32,000 bases of DNA from Gammaproteobacteria bacterium (GTDB taxonomy: Bacteria; Pseudomonadota; Gammaproteobacteria; JBIOEC01), in assembly GCA_965279305.1 (NCBI GenBank), contig OZ257143.1, forward strand, positions 1,710,001 through 1,742,000, in the 5' to 3' direction. The translations under genes and the position numbers were made by a program. Within the stretch, counting starts at the first letter, position 1; every line of letters starts with the position of its first letter. The notes below the pieces were generated by a model. That model was given only the letters and a program-made list of their open reading frames with translations. It was not told the origin of the DNA and ran no database searches. Below are positions 29,992-32,000 of the stretch, in pieces.

Positions 29992-30092
29992 AATTAATCC
30001 TCATTTTATGAAATTGGGCTTACTTAATATGACCAGAGTGTAGCAGGGTTTTTTATTACTGCCAGGAATGCCAATATAGGCCTGGCCATCCA

Positions 30093-30122
30093 TTGACATG
30101 GTACCTCTCAACCTGATATAGT
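30093..30122 (+). promoter_or_regulatory. Candidate sigma70 promoter for the 30150 gene (TTGACA-18-TATAGT)
   Basis: Consensus -35 at 30093..30098 and -10 at 30117..30122, about 28 nt before the ATG at 30150, with GAGG as SD. Confidence 0.4.
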
Positions 30123-30149
30123 AAACCGACTAACTTTTGAGGCTTATTT

Positions 30150-31295
30150 ATGCGCCTATCTACTATGTTTCAAGAAACGCCTGCTCCTGCTAGAGTCCAA
30201 CAAGCTCCTAGAAGTAACGTGGCAAGAACAGTTCCTATACAAGAAGCCGCTCCTTCATTAGCAGATACTGAGATTTTCTCATCAATCACTGATGCCCTTA
30301 TGCTAGGCATGGGTCTGATGTATTTGGCTATTTCTTCTACGCGAAATGTATTCGTCAATGCAGTTATATTAGCCGTTGATTTGCTTTATTTAGCTGTGGG
30401 CTCTTCAATAGCACTTTTAGAAAGAACCATTTCCCTGCGCACTCGTCCTCTTATTACGGACGCTGTTACGAATTCTTCAGAAACTGTCTCTGTAGAAGGC
30501 GATCGTATTGCTGTTACAGAACCTTCTTCGCAAAGAAATACGGGTATTCCTCTTAGTAGTCGTTACAGAGCATTATTAAGGGTAATACGCGCCAACAGAA
30601 TTGCAATGCAGCAGGCTTTTTCTAACACTGGCACTGACATTAGTGCTACTCAAGCAGCAGCTGTGGAAGCCCCAAACAACATAGCAGCAGTACAAACTGT
30701 ACCGGTCTCTGACTTATCAGAATTTACTGAAGCACCTACTGGCTCTCCTGAAACATTAGCATTGGAAGTGCATGAAGCAGCTCCTGCTCCAGCAGCCCTT
30801 CTTCAAACCCTAGAACAAAAAACCGTAGCACCTACAGCATTAGATCTCGAATTATTAACAGAAGCGTTAAATGATAATGAAGCATTTACTGCTCCTATTG
30901 CAGTATCAGCTGATGCGGCACCTACACCTGTTGCAACAACTCCTGCACAGCCAGCACCAAGCAATAGTTTTAATTTAGTAGGATTAGTATGGAATCTTGC
31001 AGGCAGCATCTCTAACGTTGCAGGAAATGTAGCTAGCAACAGTGCTCGTGCTTTAAGCAATATAGCGACCGCTGCTAAACCATTTGATAATAGCAATGTT
31101 GTAATGTGGGATGAAACGACTCTTTTAAGAAAAATTGATTCTTTACAAAGCGAAGCGGGGATTGAATCATTTGCTCATTTTGAAAATGTAGAATTAGTAA
31201 ATACCACTGTTGCAGCGCCTGCTTCTGCTCAAAAACCAAAAGCGGTGGCTCCTGAACCTAAAGAAAATCCAGCTGCTGCATTTGAAATGAAATAG
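30150..31295 (+). CDS. Hypothetical protein: polar N-terminus, tight hydrophobic hairpin, long Ala/Pro/Thr-rich low-complexity tail
   Basis: Two hydrophobic segments about 4 residues apart (aa ~42-62 and ~67-90; IFSSITDALMLGMGLMYLAISS / VFVNAVILAVDLLYLAVGSSIALL). The remainder is A/P/T/S/E-rich, and the C-terminus is ...EPKENPAAAFEMK. I recognise no known domain. Confidence 0.6.
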   Translation: MRLSTMFQETPAPARVQQAPRSNVARTVPIQEAAPSLADTEIFSSITDALMLGMGLMYLAISSTRNVFVNAVILAVDLLYLAVGSSIALLERTISLRTRPLITDAVTNSSETVSVEGDRIAVTEPSSQRNTGIPLSSRYRALLRVIRANRIAMQQAFSNTGTDISATQAAAVEAPNNIAAVQTVPVSDLSEFTEAPTGSPETLALEVHEAAPAPAALLQTLEQKTVAPTALDLELLTEALNDNEAFTAPIAVSADAAPTPVATTPAQPAPSNSFNLVGLVWNLAGSISNVAGNVASNSARALSNIATAAKPFDNSNVVMWDETTLLRKIDSLQSEAGIESFAHFENVELVNTTVAAPASAQKPKAVAPEPKENPAAAFEMK

Positions 31296-31450
31296 AATCC
31301 CCTCACCCTCTCAGATTTCATTGCCATCCATGGCGAAGTAATGTGCTATTAGCAGAGTCGCCTGCCCTGCCATCCATGGCAGTGCGTTCGCAGGGAAAAA
31401 GCTTAGCTTTTTCCTTCCTGCTCACCCTCTCCCTCAAGGGGAGAGGTGAT
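31296..31450. repeat. REP/MITE-like palindromic element, long composite form
   Basis: It starts AATCCCCTCACCC and ends CCTCTCCC-TCAAG-GGGAGAGGTGAT (hairpin 31426..31446). These are the reverse complements of the two ends of the 6503..6560 copy. Internally TGCCATCCATGGC occurs twice (31322..31334 and 31369..31381), and there is a perfect palindrome GGAAAAAGCT-T-AGCTTTTTCC (31394..31414). It lies between the convergent 30150 gene and pnp. Confidence 0.7.
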
Positions 31451-31458
31451 TTCTATCA

Positions 31459-32000
31459 TTAGTCTTCGTTGACAGCTCTGATACTGAGTTTCAAACGACC
31501 TTGACGATCGATTTCTAATAACTTCACTTGCACTTCTTGGCCTTCTTGTAAAACGTCAGTCACGTTTTCAATACGCTCAGGTGAAATTTCAGAAATATGC
31601 ACTAAGCCATCACGGCCTGGCATAATATTAACAAACGCACCGAAGTCCATAATTTTAACCACTTTACCTTCGTAGATTTTACCCACTTCAGGTTCAGCAG
31701 TTAATTCTTTAATACGACGAACCGCTTCTTCTGCCGCTGCACGTTCTACTGCGGCAATTTTGATAGTACCGTCATCAGAAATATCAATGCTGGTGCCAGT
31801 TTCTTCGGTTAATGCACGGATCATCACGCCGCCTTTACCAATAATATCTCTGATTTTATCAGGATTAATTTTAATGGTCGTAATGCGAGGTGCAAATTCA
31901 GATACTTCTTCACGAGGTGCGGTAATCGCTTTATTCATAATATCTAAAATATGAATACGTGCGGTATGCGCTTGTCCTAATGCTACTTCCATAATTTCGC
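31459..32000 (-). CDS. pnp: Polynucleotide phosphorylase, C-terminal part (KH + S1 domains); gene continues beyond the window
   Basis: [21 protein letters not shown] is the KH GxxG motif. [34 protein letters not shown] is the S1 domain. The frame stays open upstream of the first Met to the window edge. Confidence 0.9.
   Translation of the reverse strand, partial: EIMEVALGQAHTARIHILDIMNKAITAPREEVSEFAPRITTIKINPDKIRDIIGKGGVMIRALTEETGTSIDISDDGTIKIAAVERAAAEEAVRRIKELTAEPEVGKIYEGKVVKIMDFGAFVNIMPGRDGLVHISEISPERIENVTDVLQEGQEVQVKLLEIDRQGRLKLSIRAVNED

Noticed and set aside
30023-30030. CTTAATAT in the orphan-pair spacer, as a PmrA-type box (tandem TTAATAT repeats upstream of Legionella/Coxiella effector genes)
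   Set aside because: Only one half-site is present, with no second copy at helical spacing. A single AT-rich 8-mer carries no weight.
30061-30086. GCCAGG-N14-CCTGGC inverted repeat and a TGGCA-N6-GGCA sigma54-like string in the orphan-pair spacer
   Set aside because: The stem is only 6 bp with a 14-nt loop. The GG/GC spacing is 8 nt rather than 10, so it does not fit the -24/-12 geometry.

Overview
Visibly AT-rich chromosomal segment with gammaproteobacterial gene content and order; I cannot assign a taxon from the sequence alone. No rRNA, tRNA, CRISPR array, integrase or IS transposase was recognised.

The backbone is housekeeping:
- Minus strand: rnr-queA, and a two-gene reverse-transsulfuration pair.
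- Plus strand: a roughly 10 kb, almost gap-free array leuS-lptE-holA-nadD-rsfS-rlmH-mrdA-rodA-mltB-rlpA, then dacA-lipB-lipA.
- Elsewhere: rpsT, rplU-rpmA-obg, and the 3' part of pnp at the right edge.

The non-housekeeping content is where the interest lies:
1. At the left edge, an operon of a small outer-membrane beta-barrel plus a secreted, Cys-paired Asp-box beta-propeller. Its frame is broken by one TGA that falls exactly on a conserved Trp position.
2. A mosaic block separates rlpA from dacA, which are neighbours in model gammaproteobacteria. It carries a YkvI-like permease, an orphan type IV pilin, hicAB, and an Rpn/YhgA-like PD-(D/E)XK nuclease with a plausible internally initiated C-terminal mini-ORF.
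3. A divergently transcribed pair of orphan proteins lies between lipA and pnp. Each has a polar N-terminus followed by two hydrophobic segments. One then has a coiled coil and the other a long Ala/Pro-rich tail. This is effector-like or vacuole-membrane-like in architecture only.
4. Two copies (58 nt and about 155 nt) of a modular palindromic REP/MITE-like element sit at convergent gene junctions.

All functional calls rest on motif recognition in the supplied translations. No database search was possible.
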